A DNA stretch of 62,875 bases from a virus. Positions within the stretch are counted from its first letter, which is position 1, and each line of letters starts with the position of its first letter. The notes under the pieces were generated by a model. The model was not told the origin of the DNA, searched no databases, and saw only the letters and a program-made list of their open reading frames with translations. The stretch lies in the IMG/VR virus record IMGVR_UViG_3300030739_000001, one strand, 5' to 3'. Positions 33,964-42,893 of the stretch are shown in pieces. The position numbers and the translations under genes are program-made.

Positions 33964-34061
33964 TTGACGTTTCTCCAGGTACCCGCGCGGGTGCGGGGAT
34001 TGATGAACCATTGCTGGCGGCCGTCAGGCCAGTACCAGCGGAAGGTGGGGGTGGGTATCAA
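33960..34061 (-). CDS. Possible micro-ORF (33 aa, Trp-rich)
   Basis: The TTG start sits in a TTGA overlap and the stop in an ATGA overlap. Reads IPTPTFRWYWPDGRQQWFINPRTRAGTWRNVK. Confidence 0.3.
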   Translation of the reverse strand: MIPTPTFRWYWPDGRQQWFINPRTRAGTWRNVK

Positions 34062-34408
34062 GCGTGGTTCTCCATCACCGCGCGGGCGTGCAGCGCGAGG
34101 CGCCGCTTGTCGGGGTAGTGCATCCATCCCGTCTCCACGGAGTTGGACGGCTGCAGCAGCGCGCGGCGGATCGACTCGGCCGACGAACCGATGAGGCGCG
34201 CGTAGGCGGAGAACGCCAGGTCGGGGCCGAACAGGAACGACAGGGCCTCGCGCGCGTGCGGCTTGCACACGACCTGGCGGTGGCGCTCCTCGGCGGTGAG
34301 CGGCTGGCTGGCGTCCCGGATGGCGTAGGCGATGATGGCCACGAGGAACTGAGCGCACGCCTTGTCTTGCGGGCTTGCGCCGGCGCGGGTCGAGGTGAAG
34401 TCGATCAT
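34058..34408 (-). CDS. Hypothetical protein (116 aa)
   Basis: MIDFTSTRAGASPQDKACAQFLVAIIAYAIRD.., in an ATGA overlap. Confidence 0.5.
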   Translation of the reverse strand: MIDFTSTRAGASPQDKACAQFLVAIIAYAIRDASQPLTAEERHRQVVCKPHAREALSFLFGPDLAFSAYARLIGSSAESIRRALLQPSNSVETGWMHYPDKRRLALHARAVMENHA

Positions 34409-34851
34409 GCCGCGGCTCCCATCGGCGCGCGCGGGGGCGGCATCAGCATGAAGCGGCCGTTGTCCGTCCACGGCTTGATGGAGTCGAGCGTGTCGGTCAT
34501 CTCGGCGAGCGTCACGACCTCGAGCTGCGCGTCGTGCAGCGCCAGGCCCGCCCAAATCGCGCCCTGCTCCTGCTCGGTCGCGGTGGGCGGCAGGCGGTCG
34601 GAGATGTGCAGCATCGCCGTGTACCAGGGGCCCAGGATGTTGAGGTGCTCCCGGCCGTGGCCCACGCCGGTTGCCAGCGCGCGGGTGACGTTGTAGGCGA
34701 CCGCCAGGTTGATGGTGTCGGCCACGGTTGCCTTGCCGCGGCGCAGCGAGTCGAGCGAGGCATAAGCGGTGGACTGCACCACCATCGTCACGTTGCCAGC
34801 GGTGTCCTTGACCAGCGCGTCCGGGTCGATCTTGTAGGGGGTGCCGGTCAC
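34405..34851 (-). CDS. Hypothetical protein (148 aa)
   Basis: GTG start in a GTGA overlap. Reads VTGTPYKIDPDALVKDTAGN.. Confidence 0.5.
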   Translation of the reverse strand: MTGTPYKIDPDALVKDTAGNVTMVVQSTAYASLDSLRRGKATVADTINLAVAYNVTRALATGVGHGREHLNILGPWYTAMLHISDRLPPTATEQEQGAIWAGLALHDAQLEVVTLAEMTDTLDSIKPWTDNGRFMLMPPPRAPMGAAA

Positions 34852-35324
34852 AGCGTGCCCTCCGCAGCCGCAAAGCAGGCGTCGCCGCCGTACTTGCAGA
34901 TCAGCTCGACCCACTTCTGCTGCGCGGCCTCGCGGCCCACGCCCGTGTAGCGCCATCCGCTCTCCTTGACCTCGCGCGAGACGAACTGGCCGATGGTGTG
35001 GCCGACGTGCGCGGGCGTGATGAGCACCTTGCGCAGGCCGATCAGGTCGGCGGACTTGAGCCGCTTGTTCTGCGTGGGCGACTCGTTGGCCAGCCCGTAG
35101 CGCACCGGCACGCCGCGGTCGTCCGGCAGCACGCCCACGTTGTTGCGGAACAGCAGGATGTCGAGGCGCGCGGCCTCGAGACGCACGCGCTGCTGCACGG
35201 CGTTCTCGCTCATGCCGGCGCTGGCCTCGAACTCCATCGTGTCGTGATGGAACACGTTGATCTTGAGGTCGTGCAGCGCGGCGTGACTCACGCCGTGGCA
35301 GATGGCCCACTGTTCAAGCTGCAA
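34848..35324 (-). CDS. VRR-NUC domain nuclease
   Basis: 158 aa, TTG start. The PD-(D/E)xK pattern is ..SADLIGL..FVSREVKESG. Confidence 0.65.
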   Translation of the reverse strand: MQLEQWAICHGVSHAALHDLKINVFHHDTMEFEASAGMSENAVQQRVRLEAARLDILLFRNNVGVLPDDRGVPVRYGLANESPTQNKRLKSADLIGLRKVLITPAHVGHTIGQFVSREVKESGWRYTGVGREAAQQKWVELICKYGGDACFAAAEGTL

Positions 35325-36198
35325 GGGGGCCTCCGAGCGCTTCGACCAGGGCGGGGATCAGCTCGCCGAGTTCGCCGGTCGCGACGGCCACGTCGGCGTC
35401 GAAGCCGCTTTCCTTGCCGTCCAGCGCGATGTCCAGCATCTTGATCTTCTTGAGCGCGAACTGCTCGGTCAGCACGAACGACACGCGGCTGTCCCACGTC
35501 AGCGCCAGCGAGACGGGGAGCTTGCCCTGCTTGATGTGCTCGGCAACCTCATCGATCTCCAGCGTGTGGTGGGCGTAGCGCACGGCGGCCTTCTCGCTGT
35601 CGGGCTGCTTCAGCTCGCACTCGCGGTCGACGGTGAAGTCGCGCGGCGCCTCCTGCGTGGATAGCCAGTGCGCCATCGCGGTGGCGGGCGAGAGCTGCGT
35701 CTGCACGATGTCGAGGCGGATGTCGCCGGCCAGGATCTCGGTCAGCAGCGAGACGATCCGGTCGGCTTGCTTAGCGCTGGCCGTGCCGACGACCACGAGG
35801 CGCGCGTCGCGATCGATCCAGACGAGCGTGCTGCCGCGCTTGGGGAACGCGCGCGGCAGCAGCTCGTGCACGACCTCCTCCTTCAGCTCCTTGGCGCGCT
35901 TGCCCTTGGGGCGGCGGCCGGTTTCCTGCTCGATCGCGTCGAGGCGTTTCTCGAGCTGCGTCTGCACGGTGCCGGCGGGCACGGTCTTCGTCTCGGTGCA
36001 CAGCTTGAGGATCCACTGCATGCCGACGCTCTCGGCCAGCGGGCCGTTCTTCTCGCCGCGGGGCTCGACCCAGCCGGACGATTCTTGCTGCGAGGCGCCA
36101 CATTCAACGAAGCGCGCGCCGTCGAGGCGCTCGGCCAGTTCATCGAGCGGCGGGCACAGCCACTGGGCGATGCGGTAGAGGGTGATCTGTTTGAACAA
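35314..36198 (-). CDS. rdgC: Recombination-associated protein RdgC
   Basis: 294 aa, TTG start. Reads MFKQITLYRI..FVECGASQQESSGWVEP.. Confidence 0.7.
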   Translation of the reverse strand: MFKQITLYRIAQWLCPPLDELAERLDGARFVECGASQQESSGWVEPRGEKNGPLAESVGMQWILKLCTETKTVPAGTVQTQLEKRLDAIEQETGRRPKGKRAKELKEEVVHELLPRAFPKRGSTLVWIDRDARLVVVGTASAKQADRIVSLLTEILAGDIRLDIVQTQLSPATAMAHWLSTQEAPRDFTVDRECELKQPDSEKAAVRYAHHTLEIDEVAEHIKQGKLPVSLALTWDSRVSFVLTEQFALKKIKMLDIALDGKESGFDADVAVATGELGELIPALVEALGGPLAA

Positions 36199-36225
36199 GG
36201 AGGTGCTCCGGTTGGGATGTCGCAG

Positions 36226-36254
36226 AATTTACTTCGTTATAACGAAGTCGTCAA
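36226..36254 (-). promoter_or_regulatory. Promoter-like element TTGACG-N17-TAAATT with a perfect 18-bp palindromic box
   Basis: The minus strand reads gTTGACGACTTCGTTATAACGAAGTAAATTctg. It overlaps the last codons of gene 36237..36569. Confidence 0.6.
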
Positions 36255-36569
36255 CAAAAAACTAATGCGGTGTGCGAGGCGTTGGATCTTCGCGCCGAGG
36301 CCGAGGCGGATGCCGAACGAGCGCAACACGGAGATGGCCGTGTAGCAGCAGCCGCCCCAGAAATTGCTCCCCGCGGTCATGTGGCCGCCCGGCGACATGA
36401 GGGGGATGAGGAACGGGTTGGCTGAGTAGTTGAGGCCGAACCCGATGCACGTGTTCACCCACGCCTCGATGATGGCGGCGATGGGGTCTGCGCCGCTGCG
36501 CACCGCCCACCACGTGCACGCGACGGTCAGGGCGATGCTGGCAAGCCCGAGGGCCTCCAGCGTGCTCAT
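36237..36569 (-). CDS. Multi-pass membrane protein (110 aa)
   Basis: MSTLEALGLASIALTVACTWWAV.., in an ATGA overlap. Confidence 0.55.
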   Translation of the reverse strand: MSTLEALGLASIALTVACTWWAVRSGADPIAAIIEAWVNTCIGFGLNYSANPFLIPLMSPGGHMTAGSNFWGGCCYTAISVLRSFGIRLGLGAKIQRLAHRISFLLTTSL

Positions 36570-37534
36570 GCCGCCTCCAGCCACTGCGTCGGCAGGTCGT
36601 TGCCCTCGGCGTACGTCTCGATGAACGTGAGCAGCATGACGATGTTGCAGAAGACGTGGCCGACGTGCAGCTCGCCGCTCTCCGCATCGCGCTCCTCGCC
36701 GGCCAGAATGCCGAACACGATGTGGCGCGCGGCGCAGGCCAGGGCCACGGACCACTGCATGCCCTTGGACCAGTTCCACGCGGCGTACTTCTTCTTGCCG
36801 TACTCGAACACCTTGGCGCAGCTCTGCCAGTTCTCGAGCCCGAGGATCCGCAGCGCGGCGTAGAGGTGCGCCTTGTCGTGCGTCTGCTGGAACGCGCCCA
36901 GGGCGCCCAGGGCCTCGCTGGCGCGGCGGTGTTCCGGCTTCTGCGCTTTCTCCCTGATGAACGAGTCGGCCAGCAGGCGCAGCGGGATCAGCGCCAGGTC
37001 GGCCTTGCCCGCGTTGAAGCGCGCGCCGCTGCCCTTGGCAGAGCTGTTGATGTCGCCGATGCCGCAAGCCGCGGGGAGCGGAGTTGCCCGCACGTGGGGC
37101 TCGTTGGCAGCAGCCGCCGGCACGATGTCGCCACCCACCTTGTAGGCCACGATGTCGCCGCCCTTGCCGTCATGGCTCCAGCGTTTGACCGTGCCACCGC
37201 GCTGCGGATCGCTGACCGCACCGGCCCGGATCTTGAAGCGCAGCACCATGTCGGGCGCCACGGGGCAGTCGTCCTGCAGGCCGCCCCACGAGAGGAACCC
37301 GCTGCCGTCGATCGTCACCTTCTCCAGCCACACGATCGCGCGGTTGTTGTAGGTGACGGCCTTGACGCCGTCCGCGTTGGGGATGCGATCGGTCATGTGC
37401 AGGTCGGCCACGGACAGCGGCGCCGTCCAGTGCTGGCCCGTCCAGTAGCGGACATAGCCGGCGGCGCGCGCGGCCGACGCGATGTAGAGGCCCGGCTCGG
37501 CGGGTGGGGAGGTCTTCCAGTTGTCAGTTGTCAT
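36566..37534 (-). CDS. Fusion protein: unknown N-terminal domain plus a C-terminal DUF5664-type (dATP/dGTP diphosphohydrolase N-terminal-like) domain
   Basis: Start MTTDNWKTSPPAEPGLY at 37534 in an ATGA overlap. The C-terminus reads GKADLALIPLRLL..FEYGKKKYAAWNWSKGMQWS..ESGELHVGHVFCNIVMLL. Confidence 0.55.
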   Translation of the reverse strand: MTTDNWKTSPPAEPGLYIASAARAAGYVRYWTGQHWTAPLSVADLHMTDRIPNADGVKAVTYNNRAIVWLEKVTIDGSGFLSWGGLQDDCPVAPDMVLRFKIRAGAVSDPQRGGTVKRWSHDGKGGDIVAYKVGGDIVPAAAANEPHVRATPLPAACGIGDINSSAKGSGARFNAGKADLALIPLRLLADSFIREKAQKPEHRRASEALGALGAFQQTHDKAHLYAALRILGLENWQSCAKVFEYGKKKYAAWNWSKGMQWSVALACAARHIVFGILAGEERDAESGELHVGHVFCNIVMLLTFIETYAEGNDLPTQWLEAA

Positions 37535-39246
37535 GCTGCTTGTGCGATCACGTTGGAGTGGGAGAGATCCGCTTCGATGCGGGCTTGGAGTGCGGCGGCT
37601 TCGGCCACGCTCAGGGATTGCGCCGAGAGGTAGTCGATGCCGTAGACGAGGTAAAAGAGCTTTTGCGCTTGACGCGCGTTGCGGCCCTGGTGGGCCTGCC
37701 ACCCCATCCAGATGGCCATTTCGGAGCGGAGCCCCTTCTGGCCTTCTTGGCGGAGGCGGTGGTTCTTTGCGATGGACATGCCGACGATGCCGCTCGAGCC
37801 GAACGGGAGGTGCACGGCGCCGTCCACCTTTTCCTTCTCGCCGCGCAGCTCGGCGAGGATCTCGGGGCTCAGGAGCACGAGGTCGCCGTCCACGAACTTG
37901 GGGCCGCTGCGGTTTGTGACTTCGGGCTCCGCCTTGCAGTACGGGCACACGACGTGGAACCGCTCGTATGGCTTCTCGCACGAGGCGCACGCGCGCAGCG
38001 GGATCGCATCGGGATCGACGCCCTTGGCCGCGGCGCCCGTGCCGTCCAGCGTCCACTCGCGCGGGGCGTCAGGCAGCCCGTGGCGCACGATGTTACCCAC
38101 GTGGTCGATGATGATCGCGACCGGCTTGCGGCTTGCGGCGATCAGTTCCAGGCGGCGTTGCGGCGGGAAGAACTCCCACATCGGGATGAGCGCGGCGTCG
38201 AGCATCAGGCGGAGCGCGCGGCCGAACTGCTGAGCGAACTTGCTGAACGACTCGGTGGCGGAGAGGAACTGCACGCACTCGATGGCCGGCAGGTCGAAGC
38301 CTTCGCTCACCAGGTCGACGGTGACCAGCACGAGGATCTCGCGGGCCTTGAAGCGGCGCAGCGTGTGGGCGCGCACGCCCGAGTCCATGTTGCCCACGAG
38401 AATCTCGGCGGGCACGCCGGCAGCGCGGAAAGCCGCAGCCGTGGCGGTCGCCGCGGCCACGTCGGTGTCGAACACCACGTTGAGCTTGCCGGACGCCAGC
38501 TTGAGGTAGTGCTTGACCGCGTCGCCCGTGATGTGCGACTCGTTGCGTGCCTTCTTGGCCTCCGCCACGTTGAGCTCGCCGCTGGCGCCGATGCGGATGG
38601 CTGCGCGGTTGAAGTCGGACTGCGCGCAATACGGCTGGTAGTCGGTGAGGTAGCCGTTGTCGATGAGCCACCGCATGCCGGGGCCCTCGATCATCTGGTT
38701 GAACACGCCGTCGGCTTCCGCGCCGAGGCCCAGGCCGTCAGCCCGGCACGGCGTGGCAGTCAGGCCGAGCCCAGTGCAGTCGGGGTGGAAGCGCGACAGC
38801 ACCTTGCCGAACGCGTTGGCCCTGACGAAGTGATGCGCCTCGTCGGACAGCCAGCGCCTCCAACGCTTCCACACCGGGTCGCTGTCGGGCAGGCGGCTCA
38901 GGGTCTGCACGGAGCACACCGAGTAGGGGCTATTGGCGTCGTAGAAGCTGCGGCCGAACTCGTCCATGTGCTGCCGGATGATCTCGGGGGCGAGGGTCTT
39001 GGCGCCCACCACGCTGTGGCGCACGCCCTCGCGGCCCAGCGCCAAGCTCATCTGGCCAACGAGTTCGTTACGGTGCGCGAGGCAGGCGGTCGGAACGTCG
39101 CCGCGCTCGACCAGGGACGCACCCGTGTACGACTTGCCCGCGCCCGTTGCGATGACGATGAGATTGAACTTGTGCCCGGATTGCCACGCGTGCTCGGTGC
39201 GGTGAATCAGATCGGTCTGGTAGGCGCGAGCCTTGTGAATTGCCAT
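37531..39246 (-). CDS. SF2 DEAH-box DNA helicase with a C-terminal zinc ribbon
   Basis: Start MAIHKARAYQTDLIH at 39246. Contains Walker A ATGAGKS, DEAH (SDEAHH) and CASCEKPYERFHVVCPYC. Confidence 0.8.
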   Translation of the reverse strand: MAIHKARAYQTDLIHRTEHAWQSGHKFNLIVIATGAGKSYTGASLVERGDVPTACLAHRNELVGQMSLALGREGVRHSVVGAKTLAPEIIRQHMDEFGRSFYDANSPYSVCSVQTLSRLPDSDPVWKRWRRWLSDEAHHFVRANAFGKVLSRFHPDCTGLGLTATPCRADGLGLGAEADGVFNQMIEGPGMRWLIDNGYLTDYQPYCAQSDFNRAAIRIGASGELNVAEAKKARNESHITGDAVKHYLKLASGKLNVVFDTDVAAATATAAAFRAAGVPAEILVGNMDSGVRAHTLRRFKAREILVLVTVDLVSEGFDLPAIECVQFLSATESFSKFAQQFGRALRLMLDAALIPMWEFFPPQRRLELIAASRKPVAIIIDHVGNIVRHGLPDAPREWTLDGTGAAAKGVDPDAIPLRACASCEKPYERFHVVCPYCKAEPEVTNRSGPKFVDGDLVLLSPEILAELRGEKEKVDGAVHLPFGSSGIVGMSIAKNHRLRQEGQKGLRSEMAIWMGWQAHQGRNARQAQKLFYLVYGIDYLSAQSLSVAEAAALQARIEADLSHSNVIAQAA

Positions 39247-39267
39247 GTCTTTGTAAGTTCGATGTCG

Positions 39268-39296
39268 TTGACGACTTCGTTTATTGTGAGTAAAGT
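39268..39296 (+). promoter_or_regulatory. Promoter-like element TTGACG-N17-TAAAGT
   Basis: Reads gTTGACGACTTCGTTTATTGTGAGTAAAGTgag, in the divergent gap between the helicase gene and the plus-strand genes. Confidence 0.6.
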
Positions 39297-39334
39297 GAGT
39301 CCTGCTGTCAACCACACCACCAAACCATTTGAAC

Positions 39335-40189
39335 ATGACCACCATCCAACTGACCTACAACTTTGGCACGGAACACGAGCTTTTGGAGCACCTCAAACGG
39401 CTCGCCGGTCCTGTGAAAACGTGCGACAAACGCACGGAATCGGTGAATAGCGAAGCCGGATCCGTGTCCGGCAAAACGGTGATCTCCCACGCGGACCTGC
39501 CGAGCACGGGCCAAGATGTTTTGCTGAGGACCAACGAGGTCGCCGCCTGTAACCAGAACCTGCCGGCGACCGCCCCGGTGGCCATCCCTTTCGGCCTCTC
39601 GACGGCGGAGATATTCACCCCTGCCCCCTCTATTGCGGCTGTCGGGCAAGCACCGACTGCCCCCGCGGCGCCTTCTTCCACCCTCGCCGCGCCGCCCGCT
39701 CCGCCGGCCCCTGCAGCGCCGACCGGCTCCGCGGCGGTTGCCCCGCCGGCACCTGCGCCCCCGCCGCCCCCTGTCGCAGGCGCGGAGGTTGACAAGCACG
39801 GCTTGCCCTGGGACGCGCGCATCCACGCCAGTAGCAAGGTGAAGGTCGCCGACGGCGCGTGGCGCGTGCGCAAGAACCTAGACGGTGCGACCAAGGCCGC
39901 CGTGGAGGCCGAGCTGCGCCAGCTCATGGCGCTCAACACGGCCGCCGCGCCGCAGGCCCCGAGCGCGCCGACTGCCCCCGGCATCGTGCCGCCTGCCCCT
40001 CCGGTCGAGGCGAACCCGCTGGGTGCGCTGATGTTCCGCCTCGGGCCGCACTTCGCCTCGGGCAAGCTGACCTACGCGCAGTGCGACGAGGTGGTCAAGA
40101 GGCACGGCGTGCAGAACCTGACGCAGCTCGTGCTGACGCCGAACCTCGTGCCGCAAGTCGAGGCTGACCTCATGGCGCTGGTGGCCTGA
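39335..40189 (+). CDS. Hypothetical Pro/Ala-rich protein with a GLPWDARIHASSK motif
   Basis: The track ORF starts at TTG 39329; the first ATG is at 39335. Confidence 0.6.
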   Translation: MTTIQLTYNFGTEHELLEHLKRLAGPVKTCDKRTESVNSEAGSVSGKTVISHADLPSTGQDVLLRTNEVAACNQNLPATAPVAIPFGLSTAEIFTPAPSIAAVGQAPTAPAAPSSTLAAPPAPPAPAAPTGSAAVAPPAPAPPPPPVAGAEVDKHGLPWDARIHASSKVKVADGAWRVRKNLDGATKAAVEAELRQLMALNTAAAPQAPSAPTAPGIVPPAPPVEANPLGALMFRLGPHFASGKLTYAQCDEVVKRHGVQNLTQLVLTPNLVPQVEADLMALVA

Positions 40190-40190
40190 G

Positions 40191-41342
40191 ATGGTCGACG
40201 CCGCCCACGCCCGGGTCAGCCCCTCCAGCCTGCACCGCATCCGCATCTGCCCGGCCTCGCTCGTCATGCAGGAGGCGTTCCCGCACCTCCCCTGGGAGGA
40301 CGACGAGTCCAGCGCCGAGGGCACCTGCGCCCACTGGGTGCTGGCCCAGGCGCTCACGTCAGTTGTCCAGCTCGCCGACATGGAGGGCGAGCTCGATCCG
40401 GCCGGCACGCCCGTCACCGACGAGATGCTGGACGGCGTGGAGCTCGCGGTCGACGCCGTGGACGAGCTGCTGGCCAAGCACGGCGCCACGCGCGCGGATC
40501 TCGTGGTGGAGCAACCCGTGGCCATCACGCGGATCCACGCGTCGTGCTGGGGGACGCCCGACATCCGTTTCTGGTCGCCGCGCACCGGCACGCTGGTCGT
40601 GATCGACTTCAAGTTCGGCTTCCGCTACGTCGAGGAGTTCGAGAACGACCAGCTCGTGGCCTACACGGTCGGCGAGATGGACACGCAGGGTGTGATCGAC
40701 ACCATGACGCCGTGCTCCAACGTCATCATCCAGCCGCGCGCCTACGGCAAGTCGCCCGTGCGCGAGTGGAACTTCATGGGCTCCGACGTGCGCGCCTTCG
40801 TCAACATCATGACGAGCGCCGTCGAGGCCGCACTGATGCCCAACCCGGTCGCGGTGGCCACGCCGGACGGCTGCCGCAACTGCCGCGCGCGCAACGGCTG
40901 CCCCACCAACCAGATCGCGGGGCAGATCGCCATGTCGTACAGCAGCCATCCGCAGCCGCTGGACCTGCCGCCCGTGGCGCTGAGCACCGAGCTGCGGTTC
41001 GCGGAGCACCAGCTCGGTCTGCTGCAGTCCCGCGTGACAGGGCTCGAGGCGCAGGCCAAGTACCTCATTGAGCAAGGCCAGCGCCTGCCGCACCACGTGC
41101 TCAAGGCCGGCAGCGGTCGCACGGTGTGGCTCATGCCGGACGACCAGGTCGTGGCGATGGGCCCGGCCCTGGGGCTCAACCTGGCGAAGAAGGCCAAGCC
41201 CATCACCGTCAAGCAGGCGATCGAGGCGGGGCTCAACACCGCCCTGCTGCCCGCTCTCTCAACCACCCGCCCCGGCGCAATGAAGCTGGCGGCAGACGAC
41301 GGGTCCACGGCTCGTCGCGTTTTCGGAGGATCCGCCACATGA
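40191..41342 (+). CDS. DUF2800-like PD-(D/E)xK (Cas4/RecB-like) nuclease
   Basis: Reads AHARVSPSSLHRIRICPAS..VIDFKFG.., with a C-terminal Cys cluster CRNCRARNGC. Confidence 0.6.
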   Translation: MVDAAHARVSPSSLHRIRICPASLVMQEAFPHLPWEDDESSAEGTCAHWVLAQALTSVVQLADMEGELDPAGTPVTDEMLDGVELAVDAVDELLAKHGATRADLVVEQPVAITRIHASCWGTPDIRFWSPRTGTLVVIDFKFGFRYVEEFENDQLVAYTVGEMDTQGVIDTMTPCSNVIIQPRAYGKSPVREWNFMGSDVRAFVNIMTSAVEAALMPNPVAVATPDGCRNCRARNGCPTNQIAGQIAMSYSSHPQPLDLPPVALSTELRFAEHQLGLLQSRVTGLEAQAKYLIEQGQRLPHHVLKAGSGRTVWLMPDDQVVAMGPALGLNLAKKAKPITVKQAIEAGLNTALLPALSTTRPGAMKLAADDGSTARRVFGGSAT

Positions 41343-41515
41343 CCCGCGTCAAGCGTCAAGTGCATCAGGAACCGTGGATGGTGGCGCTGGACAAGGCGGC
41401 GCACGAGGCTTTCCTCCGCTCGCTGCGCCGGCACGTCTTGGTCGACTGCCACCAGGCCGCGCAGCTCGCCGCCGAGTGCCGCGTCCCGGCCAGCATCGTG
41501 CGGGGCGTGCAATGA
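41339..41515 (+). CDS. Hypothetical protein (58 aa)
   Basis: MTRVKRQVHQEPWMVALDKAAHE.., in an ATGA overlap. Confidence 0.45.
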   Translation: MTRVKRQVHQEPWMVALDKAAHEAFLRSLRRHVLVDCHQAAQLAAECRVPASIVRGVQ

Positions 41516-41724
41516 CCCGGCTCGACGCGCTGTGGGGCATCCGCTTCATGCCAGCGCCGCACATGGTCGAGACGGTCGAAGCCCGCGTGCCGGGCGGCTA
41601 CATGAACCGCTGGCTCATCCGCGCCAAGGTGACGCGGCCGATGCGCAGCTTCTACCACATCGGGAACACCGTCCACGCGCACCCCGAGGTGCTCGAACAA
41701 CTCAAGAAGGAACTTACGAAGTGA
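41512..41724 (+). CDS. Hypothetical protein (70 aa)
   Basis: MTRLDALWGIRFMPAPHMVE.., in an ATGA overlap. Confidence 0.45.
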   Translation: MTRLDALWGIRFMPAPHMVETVEARVPGGYMNRWLIRAKVTRPMRSFYHIGNTVHAHPEVLEQLKKELTK

Positions 41725-42032
41725 ACAAACCAATCGAGAAGGGCTGCCTCGCCGACGTGATCCGCGGCGCCCTGGGCGACGACAGCCCGAACAAGGGCCT
41801 CGTGGTCGAGGTGCTGGCCTACGTCGGCGACGACCCGACGTTCGGCCGCATCTGGCGCTGCAAAGGCGAGTACGTCGAGAGCTACGCGGCGGTGACCGGC
41901 GCCACGGTGCGCACGCCGCCGCGCGGCGACGGAACGATGGACTTCGCGCAGGACTGGCTCCGCCGCCGGCCCGACACCCCGCAGGCCCCCGAGGCCACCA
42001 CGATCGACGCACCGGACGAGGTGACCGCATGA
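41721..42032 (+). CDS. Hypothetical protein (103 aa)
   Basis: GTG start in a GTGA overlap. Reads VNKPIEKGCLADVIRGALGDD.. Confidence 0.45.
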   Translation: MNKPIEKGCLADVIRGALGDDSPNKGLVVEVLAYVGDDPTFGRIWRCKGEYVESYAAVTGATVRTPPRGDGTMDFAQDWLRRRPDTPQAPEATTIDAPDEVTA

Positions 42033-42436
42033 CCCCCGACCGCCTGAAAGAACTGAATCGCCTGGCGCGCAACGTCGAGTCGCTGGAGCAGGTGCTCAGC
42101 GCGCATCGCGACCGCAACAACTCCTTCGCGGAGGACCACGTCTCGCCGGACACGGTGAAGCGCGCCCGCAAGATCCTCGAGGACGATCTGGAGAAACAGA
42201 TCGTCGCGGCCAAGGCAGCGTTCGCTGCGGCCGACGCGCTGCCGGTCGCGAAGCACGACCATCCGAGCGCGCAATGCATCAAGCGGCTGCGCGACATCGC
42301 CGACATGATCGAGAGCAACCAGGCGTACATCTCCACCTTTTCCCTCTCAGGCATGAGCCACCACGCCACCGAGATCGAGATGCGCGTCGGCTGGCACGAG
42401 ATCGACAAAAGCGCACCGCTGTGGAGGACGCGATGA
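42029..42436 (+). CDS. Hypothetical protein (135 aa)
   Basis: Track ORF, ATGA overlap. Confidence 0.55.
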   Translation: MTPDRLKELNRLARNVESLEQVLSAHRDRNNSFAEDHVSPDTVKRARKILEDDLEKQIVAAKAAFAAADALPVAKHDHPSAQCIKRLRDIADMIESNQAYISTFSLSGMSHHATEIEMRVGWHEIDKSAPLWRTR

Positions 42437-42660
42437 GCCGCAAGAAGAAGTTCGTGCTGGACCCGTCCACGGCGCGGGTCATCGCCATCATCCGCAACGC
42501 GCTCGACGCCGTGGAGTCGGGCCGCGCCAAGATGCTCGCCGGCTCGTGCGACATCGAGCCGCGCTACACCAAGCTGTCCGTGACGAAGCTGTCCGACCCG
42601 TTCCCCGGGCCCGACGCGATGCGGGTCAAGGCAACCATCCACGTGGACGGCCCGCTGTGA
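42433..42660 (+). CDS. Hypothetical protein (75 aa)
   Basis: MSRKKKFVLDPSTARVIAII.., in an ATGA overlap. Confidence 0.45.
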   Translation: MSRKKKFVLDPSTARVIAIIRNALDAVESGRAKMLAGSCDIEPRYTKLSVTKLSDPFPGPDAMRVKATIHVDGPL

Positions 42661-42893
42661 GCAACGCTCGAGAACAACTTTGGATCGGCGTCGCCATCGC
42701 AGTGGCGCGCTCGGAGGGCGCGAAGGACGCCGCGGCGCCGGCCCGCTGGGCTGACCGCGCGCTGGAGGCGTTCGACAAGCAATTCAAGCCGCCGGCCCCG
42801 CCCGCGTGCGCGGACTGCGGCGCGGTGGGCGGCTCGCTCGCCTCGTGGGGCGGCGATTCGCGTTGGCACTGCCTCCCGAGATGCGCCAAATGA
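42657..42893 (+). CDS. Hypothetical protein (78 aa)
   Basis: GTG start in a GTGA overlap. Reads VSNAREQLWIGVAIAVARSEG.. Confidence 0.4.
   Translation: MSNAREQLWIGVAIAVARSEGAKDAAAPARWADRALEAFDKQFKPPAPPACADCGAVGGSLASWGGDSRWHCLPRCAK

Noticed and set aside
36566-37534. A Z-genome (2-aminoadenine) or other base-replacement pathway, implied by the DUF5664-like domain.
   Set aside because: I could recognise no PurZ-like adenylosuccinate synthetase homolog, no HD dATPase, no thymidylate-synthase-like hydroxymethylase, and no DpdA or Que genes.
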